Below are positions 54,037 through 64,000 of a stretch of 64,000 nt of DNA, one piece after another. Within the stretch, counting starts at the first letter, position 1; every line of letters starts with the position of its first letter. Location: the NCBI RefSeq assembly GCF_018977255.1, contig NW_024704742.1:49974001-50038000 (forward strand), in the 5' to 3' direction. This DNA is from Callorhinchus milii (taxonomy: Eukaryota). The notes below the pieces were generated by a model. That model was not told the origin of the DNA, made no database searches, and was given only the letters and a program-made list of their open reading frames with translations. Made by a program: the position numbers and the translations under genes.

Positions 54037-54508
54037 CCTCATCCTCACCTACAAGGCCATTCACGGCCTTGCTCCCTCCTACCTCTCCAACCTACTATCC
54101 CCCTACCTACCTGCCCGTACCCTCCGTTCCTCTGGCTCCGGTCTGCTCCACGTCCCCGCCCCAACCGCCCTACTATCGGTGGTCGGGCCTTCAGCCTCTC
54201 AGCCCCGAGGCTCTGGAACTCCATCCCCCAGTGCCTTCGCCTTGCTTCCTCCCTTTCCTCCTTCAAGGCCGGTCTCAAAACCTTTCTCTTTGACCGTGCC
54301 TTCAGCTCCCCTCTCGACTCTCTTCCTCCTCGCCCTCCCTTCCCTCCCCTCACCCTGACCATTTCCCCCTCCTCTCTCCCTCCCTTCCCTCCCCTCAACC
54401 TGACCATTTCCCCCCTGCTCGGGTCATGACCCAACTGTGCAGCGCCTTGGGACGTCCTCCTGACGTGAAAGGCGCTCTATAAATGGAATCTTGTTGTTGT
54501 TGTTGTTG
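54037..54508 (+). mobile_element. Young L2 3' end inserted in the CR1
   Basis: ILTYKAIHGLAPSYLSNLL and GGRAFSLSAPRLWNS remnants, (TTG)n tail, flanked by 8-bp TSD ATGTGTAT. Confidence 0.92.
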
Positions 54509-55399
54509 ATGTGTATGTGTAGGTCCCTTTGCTCTTCTACCCCATTTAGTTTTTTATTTTCCAGGATGTATGTGACTTCCTTATTCCTTCTAGCAAAATG
54601 TATCACCTCACATTTTTCTACATTGAAATGCATTTGCCATTTAAAGGCCCACTCAGCAAGTTTATTAATGTCTTGCTGAAATTTGTTGCAGTACTCCTCT
54701 GTATTAACTACTCCCCCCAATTTGGTGTCGCCTGCAAATTTTGAAATTGTACTGCTGATTTCCAGGTCCAAATCATTAATGTATATTGTGAACAACAGTG
54801 GTCCCAATACCGATCCTTGTGGAACACACTGCTCACCCCTTGCCAGTCTGAGTAGCTATCCTTTACTCCTACTCTCTGTTTTCTGTTTTGCAGCCAGCTT
54901 GCTATCCATTCTGCTATTTTCCCCCTGACTCCACATGCTCTGACCTTATTCATTAGTTTATTATGTGGTACCTTATCGAACGCCTTTTGGAAATCTAAAT
55001 ATATTACATCTACGACAACAACAAGATTACATTTGTATAACACCTTTCACTACTGCATTACCCTTGTCTACTCTTTCCGTTATCCCTTCAAAGAATTCAA
55101 TGCGGTTGGTCAAGCATGACCTTTCTTTTTGAAATCTATGCTGACTATTGTTTATTATGTTTTCTGTTTCTAGATGATTTTCTATTACCTCCTTCAGTAA
55201 GGATTCCATTATCTTTCCTACCACCGATGTTAAGCTGACAGGTCTATAGTTCCCTGGGTTTGTTCTATCTCCCTTTTTAAATATAGGTATAGCATTAGCT
55301 ATCCTCCAGTCCTCTGGTACTACTTCCTTTTCTAATGAATTATTATATATGTGTAATAGTGCCTCTGCTATCTCTTCCCTCGATTCTTTTAATATACCC

Positions 55400-55710
55400 G
55401 GAGTCCTGTAGCTCAGTGGTTAGAGCACTCGCTTTGCAAGCGAGAGACCTGGGTTCAATTCCCAGCAGGGCGAAACCTGGGGCAAGTTTCCTAACTCCAC
55501 ACGCCTGATAATAATCCCTCAAAAGAAAACAATAATAAATTGGTCATTTCAATCCACGACTATTTGTGGGACACTGCTGTGCGCAATTGGCAGCCGCATT
55601 TCGCCCACAAATACACAGCCAATTCACTTTACAGTCTATTCTGTGAAGTGCTTTGAGACATCTAGAAGACGTGAAAAGCGCTATGTCAAATGCAAGACTT
55701 ATTATTATTA
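55400..55710 (+). mobile_element. tRNA-Ala-derived SINE, short subfamily, nested in the CR1
   Basis: Full-length; interrupts CR1 ORF2 at the PGPDG-like motif. Confidence 0.93.
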
Positions 55711-56920
55711 TCTGGACCAGGGGTTTTATCCTCTCTGAGTTTCGTTAGTTTTTCGATTATATCTCCCTTTGTATCTTAAATGTATTTATATTATTTTCGA
55801 TCTCTTCTACTGTCATGTCCACCTAATCCATCTCCTTGGTGAATACTGAGGCAAAGTAATTATTTAATATTTCTGCCGTTTCACTGTCGTGGCCTGTGAG
55901 CTTATCTTGTCCATCCCTTAGTGGCCCTATTCCTATTTTGATTTTTCTTTTGTCACTTATATGTCTGTAGAATATTTTACTATTTCTTTTTATATTCTGT
56001 GATAATTTAATTTCATAATTCCTCTTTGCCTTCCTAATTGTTTTTTTTGATTATTTTCCTGACCTCTTCATATTTTTTTTTGTCATGCTCTCCCTTGTTA
56101 TTTATGTACTTGGTGAACGCCTCTTTCCTGAGTTTCAACTTTCCCCTTATGTCTTCATGTCTTCCTTATTCCATGATGTCTCATTACTATTTAGCTTTGT
56201 CTTGCTTTTTAGCAGAATATATTTTTCCTGGGCTCTATTGATCACTGTTTTAAATGTTTCCATTGCTGTTCTATCTCTTTGTTTGCCAATATTGTTTTCC
56301 AGTTTATTTTCCCAAGTTCCATTCTCATCCCCTCAAAATCAGCTTTTCTCCAATCTATTACCCTGATCTTTGTCAAACTCATTTCCTTCTCAATCTTTAT
56401 CTTAAACCTTATTAAGTTATGATCGCTATCTCAGCAACATGGAAATAAACTAATTAAGTGATATATCAGTCAATGTCAGACTACAGTGGCACACACAACT
56501 GAGCATTGTTTTCAGGTCTGAAGAAGGCACTCATAATGGAGCGGATTATTTTATGCCTGAATATTGCATACTGTTCAGGCAGTATGGACCAGAGGAATCT
56601 AAGCCTAGAGGATCCTATGGCAAATTACCTCTTCTCAATAATAACGTAACTGCCCTTAGGATCAACAATGTGGGAGCCTGCTAAGTCATAAAGTTACTCC
56701 GAAAAAGCCTTGATGGATGAGGTGGGTGGGGAGGTAGAGCCCTCTTCCCTCAGGACTGGAACATTTCCTGTAGGCCAGGGAGTAGGGCTGGTAAGACCAC
56801 AGCCCAGGAACAGAGCTTTAGATTCATTGTAATGTAGGCAGTATTTATCCTATAATCTTTGCATTTGGTATAGTGCCCTCAAAAATGATCAGCAATGAAA
56901 AACAAATTTAAGGAACTAAC

Positions 56921-57126
56921 CGCTGGTTTAAGCTTTTTTTTCTTGTTTTTGCTGCTTTTTCTGTTGCTGACAAAGTAATGCAGGGTTCCATACTCCATCA
57001 GAGCAGCAAAAACAAAAATGAAACAAACAGATACGAAGAGATCCATCGCCGTCACATAGGATACCTTCGGCAAGGACTTCCTGGAAATTGTACTCAATGT
57101 CGTCATAGTCAGAACTGTGGTGATAC
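56921..57126 (-). CDS. GABRG1: GABA-A receptor gamma subunit, internal exon (206 nt, M2-M3 and start of intracellular loop)
   Basis: Encodes [69 protein letters not shown]. Acceptor TGAACAG, donor GTTAGT, phase 1-0. Confidence 0.95.
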
Positions 57127-57339
57127 CTGTTCAATGTGGAAAGTATCATTAACTGTCAAGGAAGCTTCACTGTGGAAAACAAACTTGTACTCGCACTGAA
57201 TTACAATATAAAACAGTTTACAATTATATAGCCATCTCAAAGCATATTCACAGGTTAGCACAAAACCATTTAAGCCCATTTTTAAGTTGGTTCCTCATAT
57301 GATTCCTATTAGGAATAAATAAGAAAATACTGGATATAC

Positions 57340-57745
57340 AACAACAATTTAAATTTATGGAGGATATATCAAAATACTTCACAGAATTTACTGCAAAGTG
57401 TAGTGACTGTATTTTATATGTGAATGCAGCTGGCAATTTTTTCACACAGCAATATCCCACAATCAGCTATGAAGTGATTTTTTACCTGGGGAAATGTTGG
57501 TCAGGATTATCAGAAGAAACTTCCTTCCCTTTTTGAATAGTGTCCTGGGATATTTAACATCACTCTGAGCAGCCACAGGTGGGACCTGTTTAATATCTCA
57601 CCCAAAAGATCGCACCTCTGACAATGTAGAGCTCCCCCAGCCCTGCATTGGAGGGTCACCTTAGACTGTGAGCTCAGAGTCCCGAGGTGGGGTTTGAATC
57701 CCCAATCTTCTAACTAAGAGGCGAAACTGCTATCAACTAACAGGC
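57340..57745 (-). mobile_element. Old DeuSINE-like element in intron
   Basis: TTTAATATCTCACCCAAAAGATCGCACCTCTGACAATG core with head and tail. Confidence 0.72.
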
Positions 57746-58274
57746 TGCCAACAAATACTGTAGAGTTTGTCTTGGATGCTGAGTATCTGTGCAGAGCTTG
57801 CCTGGTGATGATTGACTGGATGGGTGGACTTCATGGTAGGATACGGCTGTGGAACGCAGAGGATAGATGGGCTGAATGATATCTTGATCCATGTTTTGTA
57901 TACTACACTGTGATATGTATAGAGAGTTTTGCAATGTTGTTTATGCCATTTCAACATAAAATTACAAATCAAGATTAGTTGCAAAACAAAGAAATTCTAT
58001 CTGGTATTTTGTGGGTTGGACTTGTTTCTAATTTCTAACTTGTATCAGCATAGGCAATGAGCTCAAGTCCCAATTGCAGAAGTTGAGCTCACAACCTTCT
58101 GACCCAGAGACAAAAGTGATATAAACTGAGCTCGGCTGACATTTACACAGTGGACTTATGAAACCCGAATATCTAATTTAATAAATTATTTTACGTACGT
58201 CACCTTTTCTATTAATACTTACCAACCTTGTGACATTAAAGAGTAGACTAAATATGCTCAAAATTAGGCCATAC

Positions 58275-58427
58275 CTAATGACGTCCTTGCTGGCACTGCA
58301 TCTTTGTTAATCCAAAATGACACCCAAGACAAGACAACTGTAAGTGAGCAGGGAATGTAGGTCTGAATGGTGAAGTAGCCCATCCTTCTACTTAGATCAA
58401 AGAATACTGTCAGCAAGACATAATCTC
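58275..58427 (-). CDS. GABRG1: GABA-A receptor gamma subunit, internal exon (153 nt, pre-M1/M1/start of M2)
   Basis: Not in the ORF track; translated by hand as [51 protein letters not shown](G). Acceptor TTCACAG, donor GTATGG, phase 1-1. Confidence 0.95.
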
Positions 58428-58469
58428 CTGTGAAGAGACAAATTCAACTCATTATAATTCATTGGGCAC

Positions 58470-59070
58470 AGAACTGATCGAAAAATTATATACATGACTA
58501 GTTACACCACAGTTAGAATACCGTATCCAGTATTTGTCAACCCACTTTAGAAAGACAACAAAATAATGCAGAACGGTGAAAAGGGGAGAGGATAATTCCC
58601 AGGATAATACCGGGTATGAAAGCTTTGACCTATGAACAGACACTGTAGGAACTAGGACTTTTTCTGTTGGAACAAAAAAGATTGATGGGTGACCCGATAG
58701 AGTACTTCAAAATTTGGATGGGTTTTGATGGAGTCAATAGGGAATATTATTTCCAGTCGGTGAGTCAGTAACGAGATAGTATCAATTTAAGATGGTTAGT
58801 AAATAAGCAAATGGGAGGTTAAGATTGTTTTTCACAAACAGAGTGGTTAGGATATGGAATGCCCTTCTGGGTGCAGTGGTTAAGGCAAAATCTATATTGG
58901 CCTTCAAGAAGGAACTAGATAAATAGCTTTAAAAGAGTCAGCTTCAGGGGTTTAGAGAAAAGGCAAATAAATGGAATTGAATGGATTGCTCTTAAAAGAG
59001 CCAGCACAGTCACAATGAGGGAAATGGCCTTCTTCTGTGCTGTAACCTTCTATGATTGTGTGGTTCTATT
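58470..59070 (+). mobile_element. Old CR1 3' fragment in intron
   Basis: LVTPQLEY-like remnant and a CR1-type tail (AAATGGCCTTCTTCTGTGCTGTAACCTTCTATG). Confidence 0.7.
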
Positions 59071-59634
59071 AGGATAACAGCATGTTAAAATAATTAAGCT
59101 AATAAATAGGAATTACTTTTAGATGAAAGCACATCTGCTAATTCCCAATATTCACCTTTGCCATCTTTGCAATGATAATTATCCTTGCCTTTGATACAGT
59201 GCCCTTAATGTCGAAATATCTCGAAGTGCTTCACAGTTTTCTGTAAAGTACATTGACTGTCAATTTGCAGACGAATACAGCAGCTAATAATGCACCAAAC
59301 AAACAACCTTATAGTGAATGACAAATTTTATATGGAGGATTGTTGACCAGGACACTGTGAGAGACTACCTTCTCTTTTCGAATAGTGCTGTGGGATCTTT
59401 CAGATCCTCCTGCGTGTCACTGAGACAATGGTAGTAATCCCACTGTGTCGACTGAAATCAGTTAATTTAGTCCAGATCAGAAACCTGACCAGTTTGTATG
59501 CCTCTATACAACAGCACAATGTTGATGTGTTTAAGCAAACCTCAGTCTATTGGTAGAAACTGTCTATCCATGTTGCCTATCTATCTGAATAATTAAAACA
59601 TGAATAATTAAAACATGGGAGGGTATTGTATTGT

Positions 59635-59944
59635 ATTGTCCTTCAAATTAGACATTAAACTGAAATCCCGTCTGCCTGTTCAGGTGGACGTTAAAGATCC
59701 CATAACACTAAAAGAGAAGAGAAGGGAGTTTCTCACAGTATCCAAGCCAACAATCCCTCAAATAAAATTGATCCCTTACTCCATGGCTGTTTGTGGGACA
59801 CTGCTGTGTGCAAATTGGCTGCGCGTTTGTCCACAAAATATACAGTCAATCCACTTTACAGTATATCCTGTGAAGCACTTTGAACCATTTTGATGACCCA
59901 ATAAGGTACTATATCAAATCAAGTATTAATATTATTATTATTAT
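59635..59944 (+). mobile_element. DeuSINE-like 3' part
   Basis: GTCTGCCTGTTCAGGTGGACGTTAAAGATCCC core followed by SINE body and (ATT)n tail. Confidence 0.75.
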
Positions 59945-60736
59945 GGATTCTGGACAGGGTTATCAATAGGCTGCACTTACAATCAGCATTACCTAAGGAT
60001 ACTGTTGATTAAAAGGCTTGTTGGGCTATTAACAGTGGCTGAAGGTTGTGCACATGCAAAACCCTGTCCAGCTGTTCAGCATTCAAGGGCCAAAGTTACC
60101 TTGACAAGAGAAAATGGGAATTGTAATTGAGTGAACTTTGTACAGCAATGTCACTGAACATATGTGAGGAAAAGCTAGGGTCGGCACTGATCTCTTTCAC
60201 AACACAGGCAGTCTATTAACCACATCCTTTCAAGCATGCATTAGTATGGTCCCTTTGGTAATGGATAAAAGCTCCATGTGTTTCACAGGTTACACAACTA
60301 TTAATACCCAGAAATAGGTCAAGTATTTACATAACCACACAGTCTCAATCTTACTTACACAGAGTGGTTTGAATGGCACTCTGTGGGGTATTATTATTTG
60401 CTTCTAAATTCACTTTAGAGCATAACCTTAAGATCCTGTGGAGTCCTGTAGCTCAGCAGTTAGAGCAATCGCCTCGCGAGTGAGAGATCTGCGTTCGATT
60501 CAGAGTAAAGCCACAGAGAGATGTTTCTATAGAATCAGTGAGGGTCTTAATATTGCATTCTGGTCTAACATTACATTGTCAAAACATTCTCAAAATATTC
60601 CTACCTTGTAGGGCTGGAAACAAACTATTCACGGAGCAGATCTACACATTAGTCAAGAGCCAAATTCAGGGAAATTAGTTATAGTTTCATGATATTACAA
60701 TGTAAAAATTACAAACTTGTCTGCTGGACGTTTCTT

Positions 60737-61063
60737 ATAATAATAATCCTTACATTTGATATAGTATTTGATATAGTCAATTTGCACACAGCAATGTCAC
60801 TCAGACAGCCATGAAGTTAACCTCAGGCATGGCCAGGAAACCGGGAGAAACTCCCTTCTCTTTTCGAATAGTGATATGAGATCTTTAATGCCCTGCTGAA
60901 CAGGCTGATAGTGTTTCGGTTTAACTTATGCACCTCCAACAGTGCAGCACATCACAGCACTGTACTGGAGTGTCAGCCTCGACTATAGGAGTTTAAAATC
61001 CCGACATGTGGCATGAAGCTACAACTTGCTGACCCAGAGATGGGACTGCTACCAACTGAGCTA
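60737..61063 (-). mobile_element. Old DeuSINE-like element in intron
   Basis: GCACCTCCAACAGTGCAGCAC...GTACTGGAGTGTCAGCCT core. Confidence 0.72.
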
Positions 61064-61117
61064 GGCAGGTAGACAAATCCCAGCCAAATAATGTTATCCA
61101 GCATTCCAATTGTATTA

Positions 61118-62870
61118 CAAAAACAAGATTACATTTGTAAGGCGCCTTTCACGTTGGGAGAACGTCCCAAGGCAATGGACAGTGTACAGCATTTCAGACC
61201 CGAGCTGGGGTCAGGGAGGGAGAAGGGAGGGGAGGGGGAGGTGGGTGACTGATGGCATGGTCGAAGAGAAGGGTCTTGTGGTGAGACTTGAAGGAGGCTA
61301 AGGAGGGGGCGAGGTGGAGTGATTGTGGGGATGGAATTCCAGAGGTTGGGGGCAGAGTGGCTGAAGGCTCTCCCGCCAATGGTGGGGCGGGTGGGTTGGG
61401 GCACGTGGAGAGGCCAGAGCTGGCCCAGCGGAGGAAGAGGGCGGGTTGGTAGGGGGTTAGGAGGTCGCAGAAGTAGGGTGGGGCGAAGCCATGGAGGGCT
61501 TTGTAGGTGAGGACAAGGATCTTGAAATGGATCCTCTGAAGGATAGAGAGCCAATGGAGTCGGGTGAGAATGTGGGAGATGGGGTCACGGAGTTTGGTGC
61601 AGGAGAGGACACGGGCTGCAGAGTTCTGGATTATCTGCAGCCTGTGGAGGGAGGAGTTGGGAAGGCCGACAAGTAGGGGGTTTGCATAGTCGAGCCTGGA
61701 GGTGATGAAGGCATGAACAAGAGTTTCAGTGGCCTGAGGGGTGAGGTAGTGGCTGAGTCAGGCGATGTTACGGAGGTGAGGGAAGGCAGAGCAGGTCATG
61801 GCTTGGATATGGGGAAGAAAAGACAGTTGAAGGTCGAACAAAACACCTGGGTTCCTGACTGGCTTGGTGAGTTGAAGAGTTCAACCAGAGCCTGAGGTGC
61901 TGAGGCGCTGGCGTGAGCTAATCAGGAGGGCCTCAGTCTTGTTCACATTCAACTGTAGGAACTTTGCTCTCATCCAGGACTTGATGTCTGACAGATAGTC
62001 TGTCAGGACAGCAGTGGTTCTGGAGTTGAGGGTGGAGGCAGAAAGATAGAGTTGGGTGTCATCCGCATACATGTGGAAGTTGACCCCATGTCCTCGGATG
62101 ATGTCGCCAAGGGGAAGCATCTAGATATTAAAGAGGAGAGGGCCAAGGCAGAGCCCTGGGGGATGCCAGACGTGACAGTGTGGGGACTGGAGGAGAAACA
62201 GTTAGAGGCCACAAAGTGGAGACGGTGAGAGAGATAGGAATCAAACCAGGTCCGCGGAGATTAAGTAACGAGGAGAGGAGGTGTATGAGGATGGAGTGGT
62301 CGACAGTGTCGAAGGTGGCAGAGAGGTCGAGAAGAACAAGGAGGCAGAGGGAGCCCTGATCACAGATGTTCAGAATGTCATTAGTGACTTTGACCAGAGC
62401 TGTTTCCATGCTGTGGGCAGTGTGGAAGCCGGAATTGGACAGGTTCAAAGAGGGAATGGTGAGAGAGAAAGGAGAGGAGCTGGGACGTGACGATTCATTC
62501 CAGGACCTTGGAGAGGAATGGGAGGTTAGAGATGGGGTGGTAGCTGGAGAGTAGGGATGGGTCCAGGGAAGGTTTTTTCATGATGCGGGTGATGACGGCT
62601 GTTTTCAGGGGGGTGGGAACTGAGCCGGTGGAGAAGGAGAGGCTGATGATGTCGGCCAGGAGAGGGGCCAGAAGGTGGAGCTGGGTGGTGAGGAGAGAGG
62701 TGGGGATGGGATCGAGGGAGCAGGTGGTGGGTTTGAGTTTGCGAACAATCGTGGTGAGGGAGGAGGGAGAGATAGAGTCGAAGGAATATAGGGGGGGATG
62801 GGTGGCGGGTGGGTCATGAGGGAGAGGTGATGTGGGAGTGGCGGTGGACAGGGCAGAGTGGCTGAACGTA
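61118..62870 (-). mobile_element. L2-clade LINE, 5'-truncated, RT to 3' tail
   Basis: Motifs [15 protein letters not shown] and [10 protein letters not shown]. Tail GGGACGTTCTCCCAACGTGAAAGGCGCCTTACAAATGTAATCTTG. Same family as 21740-22951. Confidence 0.92.
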
Positions 62871-63170
62871 TCCCCTCGATTTTGATATTAATACTTTAAA
62901 TGCCACCAGAGAAATGTAACATATTTTAATGGCTCCCTTACTGCCCATATGGTAAGACAGCAGCATGTTTACTTTTACGCCCGAATTTAGTGCTCCTGTA
63001 TGTCAATAGAACAAACTCTTCCTTTATTGCAGGATTATATTAGCTTTGTAAGATTATACAGCATCATTCAGGCTTTCAAATCATTGCTCACTGTATACTC
63101 TAGAAGGAAAAGTGTCAGTTGTTTATGTAATGTTTGAGAAAAGCCGATTGCAAGTAGATATTTTACTTAC

Positions 63171-63308
63171 CAGATTGTGTATGCATTATGTCAGTGGCAT
63201 TTCTTAGGCCAATAAATGCAAACTGGTAAAGTCTCCAATATCTCTGGTCGGCAACTTCAACAGATTTACGCTTCCAGCGATACACAATTTCATTGTTGGG
63301 GTAACCAT
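63171..63308 (-). CDS. GABRG1: GABA-A receptor gamma subunit, internal exon (138 nt, extracellular domain)
   Basis: Encodes (Y)[45 protein letters not shown](G). Acceptor TTTGCAG, donor GTAAGT, phase 1-1. Upstream exons lie beyond the window end. Confidence 0.93.
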
Positions 63309-64000
63309 CTGCAAAAAGACATTGATAGAAAGGGTTAAAGGAATCCTCCATAAAATCTGGACTGATAGCTACTGCCAACCTAAACAAAACACAATTACTG
63401 TGTCATCAGAATATCTTGAAACGTAGGTGGCAGTCAAGTTTGGAGAGTGTTGTAGGGGCCTCAACGATGTGGTGTGTTCTGTTCTCAACGTTACCAACAA
63501 ACAGATGACTTCCCTCAGTGCTGCACACAAGGGACATGGATGCTGAAGCCAACAGTGCATTTCTCATGATATAGTTCTGTCATGCCACAGACAATGCTGC
63601 TCCACTCATGCATATTGAGCCCTCCATTCTGGCGTCAACCCTAACTCGAAAAGACTTAACTCCATACCTTAATTACAAATCCACGAGCAGCTCAGGAAAG
63701 AAGCAGTTTAAAATCCTGTTGAAATTCTTTCTCACAGAAAAAAATCAGAAGGACAAGGAATGGTTTGTTATTAATTCCAGTGATCAAAATAAGGTCTGGG
63801 TTTGAAAAAGGTTCAGCTGGGACTTCATGCCTCGGTGAGCTTAAAGTGAGATCATCCAGGAAGAGAAACCTGACAGCTGCTAAGAGTCCTACGTGAGAGG
63901 AGTTTGGGCATTCTCGATGCAAATTCCAGTGATCACGTGTACTCAGAGTGAAACAAGAGTGTCCTCAAATGTGGAATAAATTCAGCATTCTCTGTGAGAG

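Larger units (their letters stand above)
53347..56432 (-). mobile_element. CR1-clade LINE, 5'-truncated, ORF2 remnant with three nested insertions
   Basis: Begins at the endonuclease-end motif DSDHNLIRFKI. Contains RT motifs YLDFQKAFDKVPH, GPLLFTIYINDLD and KFAGDTKLGG, C-terminal RTLVRPHLKYCVQFWSPH, and a CR1-type tail ...CCTGTTTCTGTGCTGTATATTCTA. Frameshifted. Confidence 0.92.

Noticed and set aside
63309..63387. N-terminal part of ORF 63163-63387 (and similar extensions of ORFs 50728-51057 and 56879-57106)
   Set aside because: Intronic read-through outside the splice sites; no similarity to the receptor.

Overview
Vertebrate genomic DNA, most likely from a cartilaginous fish and possibly a chimaera (inferred from the SINE, CR1 and L2 repeat types). 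The only host gene I can support is the 3' half of a GABA-A receptor gamma subunit on the minus strand. It has four coding exons (138, 153, 206 and 279 nt) with canonical GT-AG sites and a continuous frame, and is most similar to GABRG1; a repeat-poor probable 3' UTR follows. The remaining ~44 kb is intergenic and full of retroelements: a young tRNA-Ala-headed SINE in distinguishable subfamilies, older DeuSINE-like copies, and L2 and CR1 LINE fragments with nested insertions. The most notable structures are (i) a complete 2.2-kb non-coding LTR element with paired LTRs, a 4-bp TSD, a perfect tRNA-Ser primer-binding site and a PPT, (ii) a Penelope-like insert with a degenerate hammerhead-ribozyme-like core and a 14-bp TSD, (iii) a hAT-like MITE, and (iv) an unclassified ~170-bp repeat present in three dispersed copies. 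I do not see evidence for a wholly new multi-gene system. Family names are from memory, not database searches, and boundaries of old repeats are approximate.
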